DNA of 25,134 nt from a virus (IMGVR_UViG_2778261505_000007:1-25134), one strand, 5' to 3'. Shown: positions 15,450 to 25,063, counted from the first letter of the stretch. Translations and numbers: made by a program. Notes: generated by a model from the letters alone, not told the origin.

Positions 15450-15771
15450 AACGCTGAGAGCACTTAGCCTGTTAAGGCACCACACTTTGTCGCGGCTCCA
15501 TAAATGCTCTCATCGTTGCACCCTCGTCTCTTCCGAGGTGTCACACCGAATCGCCGGGATGGTGAATCCCCGTGCGCGGAATAAAACCGCTCGACTTGCA
15601 CATTCCGGCTACCTGGTTCGTTTGCCCGAGCAAGGGAGGGTGCCCCTTAAACGTATCCAGACCGCTATCGGCGCATGTGCCATACACCGTACTGCTCAAA
15701 ATAAAAGCTCACCCCACCTGTTCAATTTAACGACAAGCCAGTCAGGTTAATAACCGGAATGAACTCTTTGC

Positions 15772-15786
15772 TTACCTGAAAGGTAA
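15772..15786. promoter_or_regulatory. Operator-like palindrome (TTACC-TGAAA-GGTAA)
   Basis: Perfect site about 90 bp upstream of the first virion gene. Confidence 0.55.
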
Positions 15787-15876
15787 TAATTAGTGCGTTA
15801 AATGTCAAGTATCTACGATAAATAAATCACATGTGGTTAAATTGGTAATAATTTAATTGCGTACGGAGTCATTGAT

Positions 15877-16083
15877 ATGTGCATGGGTAGCTCACCATCA
15901 GTGCCTGCAACACCAGAAGTTCAGGCAGCACCACAGGAGCAGGATGCCGCCGTTGTTGATGCCCGCGACGAAGAAACTCGTCGCCGTCGCGCTGCTGCTG
16001 GTCGTAGTTCTACGCTGCTTACCGGTTCTCAGGGCGACACATCAACCGCTAATACCAGCGGTAAAACGCTGCTTGGTCAGTAA
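15877..16083 (+). CDS. Small virion protein, possibly T7 gp6.7-like
   Basis: 68-aa ORF with GGAG Shine-Dalgarno, directly upstream of the portal. Begins MC... and is Ala/Arg/Thr-rich; similarity to T7 gp6.7 is tentative and recalled from memory. Confidence 0.4.
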   Translation: MCMGSSPSVPATPEVQAAPQEQDAAVVDARDEETRRRRAAAGRSSTLLTGSQGDTSTANTSGKTLLGQ

Positions 16084-16097
16084 CCGGAGTCATTGAA

Positions 16098-17777
16098 ATG
16101 GCGGAAACAACTAAAGAGCGATTGAACAAACAGTTCGCACAACTTGAAAGCGAGCGTCAGTCGTTCGAGCCGCACTGGCGCGAGTTGAGTGATTACATCA
16201 ACCCGCGTGGTTCCCGCTTTCTGACTTCTGAGGTCAACCGTAACGATCGACGGAATACACGCATTATTGATTCGACCGGGACTATGGCGGCGCGCACTCT
16301 CGCCAGCGGCATGATGTCAGGCATCACAAGCCCCGCGCGTCCGTGGTTTCGCCTGGCTACGCCAGATCCTGAAATGATGGATTATGGCCCTGTTAAGTTG
16401 TGGCTTGAGGCGGTGCAGAACCGCATGAACGATATGTTCAATAAGTCGAATCTCTACCAGTCTCTTCCGCAGTTATACGGAAGCCTCGGCACATACAGCA
16501 CTGGTGCAATGGCGGTGCTGGAGGATGACGAGGACATCATTCGCACAATGCCATTCCCGATAGGCAGTTACTACCTGGCTAACTCACCTCGTGGCAGTGT
16601 GGACACCTGTTTTCGCAAGTTCTCTATGACTGTTCGTCAGCTTGTTCGGGAGTTCGGGCTAAATAACGTCAGCGAATCCGTAAAAAGCATGTGGGAAAGC
16701 GGCACCTACGAGAAGTGGATTGAAGTGATGCATTCGGTTTACCCGAACATTGACCGCGATACATCGAAGCTGGATAGCAAGAACAAGCCATTCAAATCGG
16801 TTTATTACGAGGTTGGTGGCGATAACGACAAGTTGTTGCGTGAGTCCGGATTCGATGAGTTTCCAATTATGGCTCCGCGCTGGGAAGTTAACGGCGAAGA
16901 TGTTTATGGATCATCATGCCCGGGTATGCTGGCGCTTGGACCTGTTAAGGCATTGCAGCTTCTCCAGAAGCGCAAGTCGCAGTTGATTGATAAAGCCACC
17001 AATCCGCCGATGGTTGCTCCGACTTCCCTCAAGAATCAGCGCGCCTCCCTTCTTCCTGGCGACATCACGTATATCGATCAGATTACTGGTCAGGATGGTT
17101 TCAGGCCTGCTTATCTGGTTAACCCCAGTACAGCAGATCTGGTAGCAGACATTCAGGACACCCGCCAAATCATTAACAGCGCCTACTTTGTCGATCTGTT
17201 CATGATGTTGCAGAACATCAATACCCGCTCGATGCCTGTTGAAGCGGTGATCGAAATGAAAGAAGAAAAACTTCTGATGTTGGGGCCGGTTCTGGAGCGT
17301 CTGAACGACGAATGTCTTAATCCTCTCATTGACCGCGCTTTCTCGATGATGGTGCGTAAAAACATGCTGCCGCCACCGCCTGACGCGATGGAAGGTATGC
17401 CCCTGAAGGTCGAATACATTTCTGTCATGGCTCAGGCGCAGAAGTCTATCGGCCTGTCCAGTCTGGCGTCCACGGTTAACTTCATTGGTCAACTTGCGCA
17501 AGCGAAACCAGAAGCTCTCGACAAACTCAACGTTGATCAGGCGATCGATGCATTCGCTGATATGTCCGGAGTGTCTCCAACCGTCATTGTTCCGCAGGAA
17601 CAGGTTGAGCAGGCTCGCCAGCAACGGGCACAGCAACAACAGCAGCAACAAATGATGGCGATGGGGATGGCGGCGGCACAGGGTGCCAAGACGCTAAGCG
17701 AAGCTAAAACTTCGGATCCGAGTGTTTTGTCAGCTATGGCGAATGCAGTTAGTGGTCAGGGTGGGCAATCACAATGA
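16098..17777 (+). CDS. Portal (head-to-tail connector) protein, T7 gp8-like
   Basis: 559-aa protein. The C-terminal Gln/Ala/Met-rich tail (QQQQQQQMMAMGMAAAQGAKT) mirrors the T7 gp8 C-terminus, and size and position match. Confidence 0.85.
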   Translation: MAETTKERLNKQFAQLESERQSFEPHWRELSDYINPRGSRFLTSEVNRNDRRNTRIIDSTGTMAARTLASGMMSGITSPARPWFRLATPDPEMMDYGPVKLWLEAVQNRMNDMFNKSNLYQSLPQLYGSLGTYSTGAMAVLEDDEDIIRTMPFPIGSYYLANSPRGSVDTCFRKFSMTVRQLVREFGLNNVSESVKSMWESGTYEKWIEVMHSVYPNIDRDTSKLDSKNKPFKSVYYEVGGDNDKLLRESGFDEFPIMAPRWEVNGEDVYGSSCPGMLALGPVKALQLLQKRKSQLIDKATNPPMVAPTSLKNQRASLLPGDITYIDQITGQDGFRPAYLVNPSTADLVADIQDTRQIINSAYFVDLFMMLQNINTRSMPVEAVIEMKEEKLLMLGPVLERLNDECLNPLIDRAFSMMVRKNMLPPPPDAMEGMPLKVEYISVMAQAQKSIGLSSLASTVNFIGQLAQAKPEALDKLNVDQAIDAFADMSGVSPTVIVPQEQVEQARQQRAQQQQQQQMMAMGMAAAQGAKTLSEAKTSDPSVLSAMANAVSGQGGQSQ

Positions 17778-18070
17778 CAGATTACGAAGATGATCAACTG
17801 AAAGAAGAAAACGCCAGTAAGCAACGTGACATGGCACAGCGTGAAATTGATGACATTCGCTTTGTCATGAGCAGTGAACAGGGGCGTCGCGTTGTCTGGT
17901 CTGTGCTGGAGAAAGGCCGGGTGTTTTCCGCTATCTCACCGATGGACGCTATGGCAATGGCATTTAATGAGGGGCAACGCAATCTGGCGCTGGAACTGTT
18001 TCAGCGCGTTATGGCGCATTGCCCTGAACAGTATTTGAAGATGGCCAAAGAGGCCAGTGAACAGGAGTGA
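17774..18070 (+). CDS. Hypothetical protein (98 aa)
   Basis: ORF with ATG overlapping the portal stop (ATGA). No recognisable motif. Confidence 0.5.
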   Translation: MTDYEDDQLKEENASKQRDMAQREIDDIRFVMSSEQGRRVVWSVLEKGRVFSAISPMDAMAMAFNEGQRNLALELFQRVMAHCPEQYLKMAKEASEQE

Positions 18071-18072
18071 TC

Positions 18073-18768
18073 ATGAATTTATTTGAGCGTTTGCTGTATC
18101 GCCGTCTTTGCAATGAGCAACCAGTCGATGGTGGAGCAGCTCCGGCTGCGTCAGAACCGTCAGCGCCTGCAGGTGATAACCCTGCTCCAGTTGGTGATCC
18201 ATCACAACAGGAAGGTGATAAGCCACAACCTGTTGCTGATGGCGATAAACCTGCTGATGACAAAAAGCCTGAAAACGATAAGCAGGATGAAAAAAAGGAC
18301 GGCGATAAACCAGAGGGTGCGCCTGAGAAGTACGAGTTTCAGGCTGCCGAAGGCGTAGAGCTGGATACAGAAGCGTTGAAGGAGTTCGAGCCGGTGGCGC
18401 GAGAACTTAACCTGACCAACGAGCAAGCGCAAAAGCTGGTTGATGCTTATCCGAAGATTCTGGCAGGTGTGCAGCAGCGCCAGGCAGAAGCCTGGCAGAA
18501 AACAACCGAGCAGTGGGCTGCTGATGTAAAAGCTGACAAAGAAATCGGTGGCGACAAGTTGATTTCTAACCTTAGCGCCGCACAGCGTGCGCTTGACCAG
18601 TTCGGGACACCTGAACTCAAAGAATATCTGAACACCACCGGGCTGGGTAATCACCCTGATCTGGTCAAAACGTTCGTGAAAATCGGAAAGGCGATGTCTG
18701 AAGATAGCATGGTCACCGGTGGTAATGAAGGCCAGCGTAGTGCGGCCGAAGTGCTCTATGGCAAATAA
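18073..18768 (+). CDS. Putative scaffolding protein
   Basis: Highly charged, Pro/Asp/Lys-rich N-terminus and helical C-terminal region, between portal and capsid genes. AGGAG Shine-Dalgarno before ATG 18073. Confidence 0.6.
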   Translation: MNLFERLLYRRLCNEQPVDGGAAPAASEPSAPAGDNPAPVGDPSQQEGDKPQPVADGDKPADDKKPENDKQDEKKDGDKPEGAPEKYEFQAAEGVELDTEALKEFEPVARELNLTNEQAQKLVDAYPKILAGVQQRQAEAWQKTTEQWAADVKADKEIGGDKLISNLSAAQRALDQFGTPELKEYLNTTGLGNHPDLVKTFVKIGKAMSEDSMVTGGNEGQRSAAEVLYGK

Positions 18769-18782
18769 GAGAGGAAATGACA

Positions 18783-19769
18783 ATGGCTGTTAAAGGCTTA
18801 ACTGCGCTAACGCTGGCTGACTGGGGTAAGCGCGTCGATCCAAACGGGAAAGTCGATAAGATTATCGAGCTTCTCGGTCAAACTAACCCGATCCTTCAGG
18901 ATATGCCTTTTGTCGAAGGGAACCTTCCTACCGGACACCGAACCACCATTCGTTCTGGTTTACCTTCAGCTACCTGGCGTTTGCTGAACTATGGCGTACA
19001 GCCAAGCAAATCAACCACAGTGCAGGTAACCGATTCCGTTGGCATGCTGGAAACCTATGCTGAAGTCGATAAGTCACTGGCTGATCTGAACGGCAATACC
19101 GCCGAATTCCGCCTGTCTGAAGACCGCGCATTTATTGAAGCGATGAATCAGCAGATGGCGCAGACGCTGTTTTATGGTGATTCCAGCGTTAACCCTCAGC
19201 AGTTTATGGGACTGTCCTCCCGCTATTCCAGCCTGTCTGCAGGTAATGCTCAGAACATCATTGATGCTGGTGGCACGGGTACAGATAACACCTCAATCTG
19301 GTTAGTGGTGTGGGGCGAAAACACCGTGCATGGCATCTTCCCGAAAGGGCAGAAGGCTGGCATTCAGATGGAAGATAAAGGCCAGGTGACACTGGAAGAT
19401 GCTAATGGCGGCAAGTACGAAGGCTACCGTACCCATTACAAATGGGACAACGGACTTGCTCTGCGTGACTGGCGTTATGTTGTTCGCATTGCAAACATCG
19501 ATGTCAGCAATCTTTCAGAACCTTCCTCTGCCGCAAATATTGCGAAGTTGATGGTTAAAGCACTGCATCGCATTCCAAATCGTGGCATGGGTCGCCCGGT
19601 GTTCTACATGAACCGCACTGTAGGCCAGGCTCTTGATCTGCAATCTCTGGAGAAAACATCTCTGGCGATCAGCGTAAAAGAGACAGAAGGCGAGTGGTGG
19701 ACTTCATTCCGTGGTGTACCAATCCGTGAAACTGATGCGCTTCTGGAAACAGAAGCCCGCGTGGTGTAA
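18783..19769 (+). CDS. Major capsid protein
   Basis: About 330-aa protein after the scaffold gene, with strong Shine-Dalgarno (AGAGAGGA), followed by a hairpin. Assigned by synteny and size, not by homology. Start 18777 or 18783. Confidence 0.7.
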   Translation: MAVKGLTALTLADWGKRVDPNGKVDKIIELLGQTNPILQDMPFVEGNLPTGHRTTIRSGLPSATWRLLNYGVQPSKSTTVQVTDSVGMLETYAEVDKSLADLNGNTAEFRLSEDRAFIEAMNQQMAQTLFYGDSSVNPQQFMGLSSRYSSLSAGNAQNIIDAGGTGTDNTSIWLVVWGENTVHGIFPKGQKAGIQMEDKGQVTLEDANGGKYEGYRTHYKWDNGLALRDWRYVVRIANIDVSNLSEPSSAANIAKLMVKALHRIPNRGMGRPVFYMNRTVGQALDLQSLEKTSLAISVKETEGEWWTSFRGVPIRETDALLETEARVV

Positions 19770-19820
19770 CGCCTGTTATTAACCTGTGGGTCGTAACAGA
19801 CCCACTAATGGAGAAAGAAG

Positions 19821-20258
19821 ATGATCACCGACAAACTGTTGATGTTCTCCGAAGCTCAGGCGGTTACGAATACCGCGGCTTCTACTGACGTAATCGATCT
19901 CGGTCCAATTGACGGAAAACGTCGTGATATTGGCGTTGGTTACCCGCTTGAGTTTTGGGTGCTGGTTAACGAAGCCGCCACGGCAAGTGGTGAGGCAACT
20001 GTAAACATCCAGTTGCAGACGAGTGAGAATAACAGCTCTTGGACCACTATTTATGATAGTGGTGCGTTGGCAAAGGCCACCCTGACAGCAGGTAAGCGAG
20101 TTGTTTCTGCAAAGGTGCCAGCCGGTGTTCAGCGATATCTGCGTGTTAACTACTCCGTCGCAACTGGCCCACTAACGGCCGGCAAATTCACTGCGGGTAT
20201 CAGTCTGGATGTTGATGCCAATACGCCGTATCCGATCCGCTCAAAAGTAACTGGTTAA
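19821..20258 (+). CDS. Hypothetical virion-module protein (145 aa)
   Basis: ORF with GGAGAAAGA Shine-Dalgarno directly after the capsid gene. Possibly a decoration or head-associated protein. Confidence 0.5.
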   Translation: MITDKLLMFSEAQAVTNTAASTDVIDLGPIDGKRRDIGVGYPLEFWVLVNEAATASGEATVNIQLQTSENNSSWTTIYDSGALAKATLTAGKRVVSAKVPAGVQRYLRVNYSVATGPLTAGKFTAGISLDVDANTPYPIRSKVTG

Positions 20259-20268
20259 GGTGATATCG

Positions 20269-20604
20269 ATGTCAGGTGAGAAACCAAGATACCGCGTTCT
20301 GCGCCTCTCTCATATCCATAACACTCTGTGGCCGGAGGGGGCAGAAATCGAATACGAAGGTGAGCCTGGTAGCGCACTGGAACCTGTTAACGATGCAGCC
20401 AGACAGGCAAAAGCAAAAGTTGCAGGAAAGGTGTCAATGGCAGCAACCAGCACCAAAATCATCAACGATGTGTCAGATGATGGTGAACTGGATAAGCTCC
20501 GTGAAGAGTACGAATTGCTCTTTAACGAGAAGCCACACCATAACGCTAAAGCCGAAACGCTCCGCGAGAAGATCGCAGATAAGCGTAAAGAACTGGGCGT
20601 GTAA
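20269..20604 (+). CDS. Hypothetical protein (about 111 aa)
   Basis: ORF followed by a terminator. Start taken as ATG 20269 (AAGGTGA Shine-Dalgarno); the track start is GTG 20260. Confidence 0.5.
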   Translation: MSGEKPRYRVLRLSHIHNTLWPEGAEIEYEGEPGSALEPVNDAARQAKAKVAGKVSMAATSTKIINDVSDDGELDKLREEYELLFNEKPHHNAKAETLREKIADKRKELGV

Positions 20605-20620
20605 GCCTCGCGAATCAGAC

Positions 20621-20644
20621 AAGGGGCTTCGGCCCCTTTATTGC
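20621..20644 (+). terminator. Rho-independent terminator within the virion module
   Basis: Hairpin AAGGGGC-TTCG-GCCCCTT followed by TATT. Position is analogous to the post-capsid terminator of T7-like phages. Confidence 0.65.
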
Positions 20645-20654
20645 AGGAGTGTAT

Positions 20655-20978
20655 ATGGAACTCGTAAACCTTAAAACCGGCACTGACAGCTACCAGGATG
20701 AGAGCGGAGAAACCAGAACTCGCGATGAATACCCGTGGGGGCTGTGCATCACTCTTAATAACGACACATTGAATAAGCTGAAGGCGCAACCTCAGGGCGT
20801 CGGAACAGAAGTGATGATAACGGCAAAGGCTGTTATTCGAGGCCTGTCTGCCAGAGAAACTGACGATGGTGTTAATCGCAGCGCCGATCTGCAGATCACT
20901 GATATGGCGATCGCTCCTGTTTCCGGGGATGTAGAAAAATCAGCGGCTGAAACTCTGTACGGCAATGGGGGGGAGTAA
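20655..20978 (+). CDS. Hypothetical protein (about 107 aa)
   Basis: ORF with AGGAG Shine-Dalgarno 5 nt before ATG 20655. Confidence 0.5.
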   Translation: MELVNLKTGTDSYQDESGETRTRDEYPWGLCITLNNDTLNKLKAQPQGVGTEVMITAKAVIRGLSARETDDGVNRSADLQITDMAIAPVSGDVEKSAAETLYGNGGE

Positions 20979-21583
20979 TGGCCTCTGTAGTAGAGATCTG
21001 CAATCGTGCGTTGTCCAATATTGGCAACAGCCGCAGCATTAACAGCCTGACGGAAGCCAGCAAGGAAGCGGGGGAATGTTCGCTGCACTTTGAGGCCTGC
21101 CGTGATGCTGTTCTTTCTGATTTTGACTGGAACTTTGCTACCAAACGCGTGGCGCTTGCAGATACGAGCAATCCACCGCCTGACTGGGAATACGCGTACC
21201 AGTACCCGTCAGATTGTCTGCGCATTACTGAAATTATGCTTCCTGGTGTACGCAATCCAACAGCAGCAATGCGCGTTCAGTACGAAGTTGGTGCAGACAC
21301 CAACGGAACAGGAAAGTTGATCTACACAGACCAGCCTCAGGCATGGCTCAAGTATGTCTCTCGCGTTACAGATGTGAACATGTTTGATGCCATTTTTATG
21401 GAGGCGTTGGCCTGGCGTCTTGCGGCAGCCATTAACATGGCGCTGACTGGGAATGCAGACCTCGGTACGTTTGCCCTCAATATGTACAATCGCGTGATTC
21501 TTAGTGCTGGCTCGCATAGCCAGAATGAATCACAGGAACCACAGCCACCGGTTGACGAGTTTACCATTGCGAGGTTGTCCTGA
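20978..21583 (+). CDS. Tail tubular protein A-like (T7 gp11-like adaptor)
   Basis: 201 aa, close to T7 gp11 length. N-terminal pattern (ALSNIGNS.SINSLTE....DW.F) resembles gp11. Position before an about 820-aa protein matches the gp11-gp12 pair. Confidence 0.55.
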   Translation: MASVVEICNRALSNIGNSRSINSLTEASKEAGECSLHFEACRDAVLSDFDWNFATKRVALADTSNPPPDWEYAYQYPSDCLRITEIMLPGVRNPTAAMRVQYEVGADTNGTGKLIYTDQPQAWLKYVSRVTDVNMFDAIFMEALAWRLAAAINMALTGNADLGTFALNMYNRVILSAGSHSQNESQEPQPPVDEFTIARLS

Positions 21584-24054
21584 TGGCTATCAGTTGGATC
21601 CAGCCCAGCTTTGCCGGTGGTGAGATTGGACCGTCGTTGTACGGTCGTATCGACATGGCGAAGTACCAGGTGGCATTGCGCAAGTGCGATAACTTTATCG
21701 TGCGGCAGTATGGCGGCGTTGAGAATCGACCTGGTACGCGTTTTGTCGGTGCCGCCAAATACCCAAATCGGAAATGCCGCCTGATCCCGTTCCAGTTCTC
21801 GACGGTTCAGACCTATGCTCTGGAGTTCGGACACCAGTACATGCGCGTTATCAAAGATGGTGCGTTGGTGCTGAACAGCAGCAATGTTATTTATGAAATT
21901 GCCACGCCATATACTGAAGCTGATCTGTTCCGAATTAAATTCACGCAAAGCGCCGACGTGCTTACGCTGGTTCACCCGGCATACCCGCCGAAAGAGTTGC
22001 GCCGATATGCTCATGACAACTGGCAACTGGTTGATGTGGTAACGAAGAACGGGCCATTTGAAGATATCAATATTGACGAGTCAGTGACGGTTTATGCCAG
22101 CGCCAGCACCGGGACAATTACGTTAACGGCAAGCGCCTCTATTTTTGGCGCGGAGCAGGTAGGCAAATTGTTCTATCTGGAACAGCCTGCAGTGGATTCA
22201 GTGCCGGTATGGGAAACCAGTAAGAGTACGTCGATTGGCGATATTCGCCGTGCAGACAGTAACTACTATCGCGCCGTTACAGCAGGCAAAACAGGTACTT
22301 TGCGCCCTTCGCATACAGAAGGCACATCATGGGATGGCTGGGGCGGATCCGGTGATGATGATACTGGCATTGAGTGGGAATATCTGCACAGTGGTTTTGG
22401 CATTGCCCGTATCACTGCTGCAAATGGAACTACTGCAACTGCCGAGGTGATTTCCTATATCCCTTCGCAGGTAGTTGGCGAGGATAATGCCAGCTATAAA
22501 TGGGCTAAATATGCCTGGAACAGTGTTAATGGTTATCCTGGCACTGTTGTTTATTATCAACAACGTCTTTACTTCGCCGCATCGACTGCGTTCCCTCAGA
22601 CTATCTGGGCCAGCCGTACCGGGGATTATAAGGATTTTGGCAAAAGCAATCCTACGCAGGATGACGACAGAATTATCTACACCTATGCCGGGCGTCAGGT
22701 TAATGAGATCCGCCACCTGATTGATGTCGGTTCGCTGGTGGCACTGACTTCCGGAGGTGAGTACGTCATCACCGGCGACCAGAACAAAGTGTTAACCCCA
22801 TCATCATTTGCATTCAGCTCTCAGGGATCAAATGGCTCTAGCAATGTCCCACCAATTGCCGTGGCGAATATTGCTCTGTTCGTCCAGGAGAAAGGCAGTG
22901 TTGTCCGTGATCTGGCCTACTCATTCGATGTTGACGGCTATCAGGGGAACGACCTGACCATCCTTGCCAATCATCTTTTTCAGAAGCACAGCATTGTTGA
23001 CTGGTGCTTCTCTATTGTCCCTTACTCCAGCGCCTTCTGCATTCGTGATGACGGTAAATTACTGGTGATGACCTATTTGCGTGATCAGCAGGTTTTTGCA
23101 TGGGCACCACAATCCAGTACCGGAAAATATGAAAGCACATGCAGTATCAGCGAAGGAAATGAAGATGCGGTGTATTTCGTCGTTAACCGAACCGTTAACG
23201 GGCAAACAGTGAGATACATCGAGCGACTGTCCAGCCGTTTATTTACCAGCGATGAAGATGCTTTCTTTGTTGATTCTGGCCTTAGCTATGATGGAAGAAA
23301 TACGTCTGACAGAACGATGACCATCACTGGTGGTTCTGGCGAATGGGATTACCGCGCGGAATATACAATCAGTATTTCTGGTGGTGCGTACTTCACCAGT
23401 AGTGATGTCGGTGCGCAACTACAGTTCCCTTATACCGGAACTGATCCTGATACTGGCGATGAAGTGTCAAAAGAATTACGTTGCGACATTATTTCTGTAA
23501 CCAGCAACACCGCTGTAGTGGTTCGTGCTAACAGGAACGTCCCGCCATCCCTCAGGAATGTGGCCACCACGAACTGGCAGATGGCGCGCCGGGCATTTGG
23601 CGGCTTGTCTCATCTTGAAGGTCAGACCGTAAACATCCTCTCTGATGCGAACGTGGAACCACAGAAAGTAGTTTCCGGAGGTGCCGTCACGCTGGAATCA
23701 CCGGGGGCTGTAGTGCACATCGGCCTGCCAATAACTGCTGAATTCGAAACACTGGATATCAACATTAACGGACAGGAAACGCTGCTGGACAAAAAACAGG
23801 TGATCCCATCCGTTACTCTGGTTGTGAATGCCAGCCGCGGCATCTGGGCGACTACGCCCGGCGGTAAATGGTACGAATATCCACAGCGTGAATTCGAGTT
23901 CTACGATGATCCTGTTGATGACGCTACCGGAAAAGTAGAAGTGAAACTGGACAGTAACTGGGGCAAAAACGGACGTGTAAGAATCCGTCAGCTTGACCCG
24001 TTGCCGCTGTCTGTTCTTGCCGTTATTCCTCGTCTTACTGTTGGGGGATTCTGA
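21583..24054 (+). CDS. Tail tubular protein B-like (T7 gp12-like nozzle)
   Basis: 823-aa protein directly after the gp11-like gene, with ATG overlapping the previous stop. Assigned by size and synteny. Confidence 0.6.
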   Translation: MAISWIQPSFAGGEIGPSLYGRIDMAKYQVALRKCDNFIVRQYGGVENRPGTRFVGAAKYPNRKCRLIPFQFSTVQTYALEFGHQYMRVIKDGALVLNSSNVIYEIATPYTEADLFRIKFTQSADVLTLVHPAYPPKELRRYAHDNWQLVDVVTKNGPFEDINIDESVTVYASASTGTITLTASASIFGAEQVGKLFYLEQPAVDSVPVWETSKSTSIGDIRRADSNYYRAVTAGKTGTLRPSHTEGTSWDGWGGSGDDDTGIEWEYLHSGFGIARITAANGTTATAEVISYIPSQVVGEDNASYKWAKYAWNSVNGYPGTVVYYQQRLYFAASTAFPQTIWASRTGDYKDFGKSNPTQDDDRIIYTYAGRQVNEIRHLIDVGSLVALTSGGEYVITGDQNKVLTPSSFAFSSQGSNGSSNVPPIAVANIALFVQEKGSVVRDLAYSFDVDGYQGNDLTILANHLFQKHSIVDWCFSIVPYSSAFCIRDDGKLLVMTYLRDQQVFAWAPQSSTGKYESTCSISEGNEDAVYFVVNRTVNGQTVRYIERLSSRLFTSDEDAFFVDSGLSYDGRNTSDRTMTITGGSGEWDYRAEYTISISGGAYFTSSDVGAQLQFPYTGTDPDTGDEVSKELRCDIISVTSNTAVVVRANRNVPPSLRNVATTNWQMARRAFGGLSHLEGQTVNILSDANVEPQKVVSGGAVTLESPGAVVHIGLPITAEFETLDININGQETLLDKKQVIPSVTLVVNASRGIWATTPGGKWYEYPQREFEFYDDPVDDATGKVEVKLDSNWGKNGRVRIRQLDPLPLSVLAVIPRLTVGGF

Positions 24055-24518
24055 TGATCGATGTTCAAATTATTCCCGCCACCGAAGAGCATCTTCAGAT
24101 GATTTTGCCGGATGTTCGTCAGGCTGATATTGACGAACTGTATGCGGTATCGCTGATGACTACCGAAGATGCGCTGCGTGTTGGTCTTCGCACTGCGACT
24201 ATGGCCTGGTCAGGATTTGCGAACGGAGAACTGGTAACCATGTTTGGCGTATCTCCGGCGTCAATGATCGGTGGCAATGGTACGCCCTGGCTGGTAGGAA
24301 CCAGCCGTATTGAAAAATATCAGAAGACATTTCTGCGCCACTGCCGCCCTGTATTGCAGCAGATGCTGGCAGTTTATCCGCGCCTGGAAAACTACGTCGA
24401 CGAGCGAAACCATGTTGCCAAAGCATGGCTGCACTGGCTTGGATTCAGGCTTGAAGAAGCCGCGCCTTATGGTGCTCTTGGTCTTAATTTCCACAGATTT
24501 CACATGGAGAGAAAATAA
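24054..24518 (+). CDS. Putative internal virion protein (T7 gp13 position)
   Basis: 154-aa ORF with GGGGGA Shine-Dalgarno. Assigned by synteny only. Confidence 0.45.
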   Translation: MIDVQIIPATEEHLQMILPDVRQADIDELYAVSLMTTEDALRVGLRTATMAWSGFANGELVTMFGVSPASMIGGNGTPWLVGTSRIEKYQKTFLRHCRPVLQQMLAVYPRLENYVDERNHVAKAWLHWLGFRLEEAAPYGALGLNFHRFHMERK

Positions 24519-25063
24519 TGTGCGATCCGGTTATTGCTGGTGGCGCAATGCTCGCCATGAGTGGCATTCAGGCATACACCCAGTACCAACAGGGAAAGTA
24601 TGCCTCGAAGGTTGCAGAAGCGAACGCAGATATAGCCACAGCTCAGGCAAATGATGCAATAAACAGAGGTAACGCTGAAGCTGAGCAACGGCGCAGAGAG
24701 AACCGACAGCGGCTTGGTACACAGGCGGCGACAATGGGGGCTACCGGCGCTGATTTATCTACAGGTAACGCGCTGGATATATTTGGCGACACTGCCCAGT
24801 TTGGCGCTCTTGATTCTCTGACGACGGTGAATAACGCGCAACGCGAGGCTTACGGTTATCAGGTTCAGGCTGCCAACTATAAAGCAGAAGCCAGTTCAGC
24901 CCGTAAACAGGGGAATGTGGGAGCAGCAACAACATTGCTCACTGCGCCTCTGAAGGCATACGGTGCGTACCAGATGTTTGGTGGGACGTGGAGTCCGTTT
25001 ACTCAAAGCACCCCTGCGCCAATCGGAGCAGCAGCAGGAACCAGATTACCCGGAGGATTATAA
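24518..25063 (+). CDS. Putative internal virion protein (T7 gp14 position)
   Basis: 181-aa Ala/Gly/Gln-rich protein with hydrophobic N-terminus. Assigned by synteny only. Confidence 0.45.
   Translation: MCDPVIAGGAMLAMSGIQAYTQYQQGKYASKVAEANADIATAQANDAINRGNAEAEQRRRENRQRLGTQAATMGATGADLSTGNALDIFGDTAQFGALDSLTTVNNAQREAYGYQVQAANYKAEASSARKQGNVGAATTLLTAPLKAYGAYQMFGGTWSPFTQSTPAPIGAAAGTRLPGGL

Noticed and set aside
15487-15750. 87-aa plus-strand ORF in the tRNA-flanking region
   Set aside because: No Shine-Dalgarno, composition unlike neighbouring genes, and it sits in a region better explained as tRNA leader or promoter sequence.
15450-15771. Possible second tRNA or tmRNA-like element next to tRNA-Arg
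   Set aside because: I looked for a second GTTCGAATC-type T-arm and cloverleaf on both strands and could not fold one; only a short GGGAT/ATCCC hairpin with a 5-nt loop is present.
16914-17651. Long antisense ORFs inside well-supported genes (examples: 16914-17651 within the portal, 21337-22026 within the gp12-like gene, 13062-13568 within terminase large, 9408-9848, 18202-18783)
   Set aside because: They lie entirely antisense to or out of frame with genes that have clear homology or synteny support, and they lack ribosome-binding sites. Treated as spurious ORFs.
17620-17660. Poly-Gln codon run (CAG/CAA repeats) near the portal C-terminus
   Set aside because: Low-complexity coding sequence matching the Gln/Ala/Met-rich tail of T7-type portals, not an independent repeat element.
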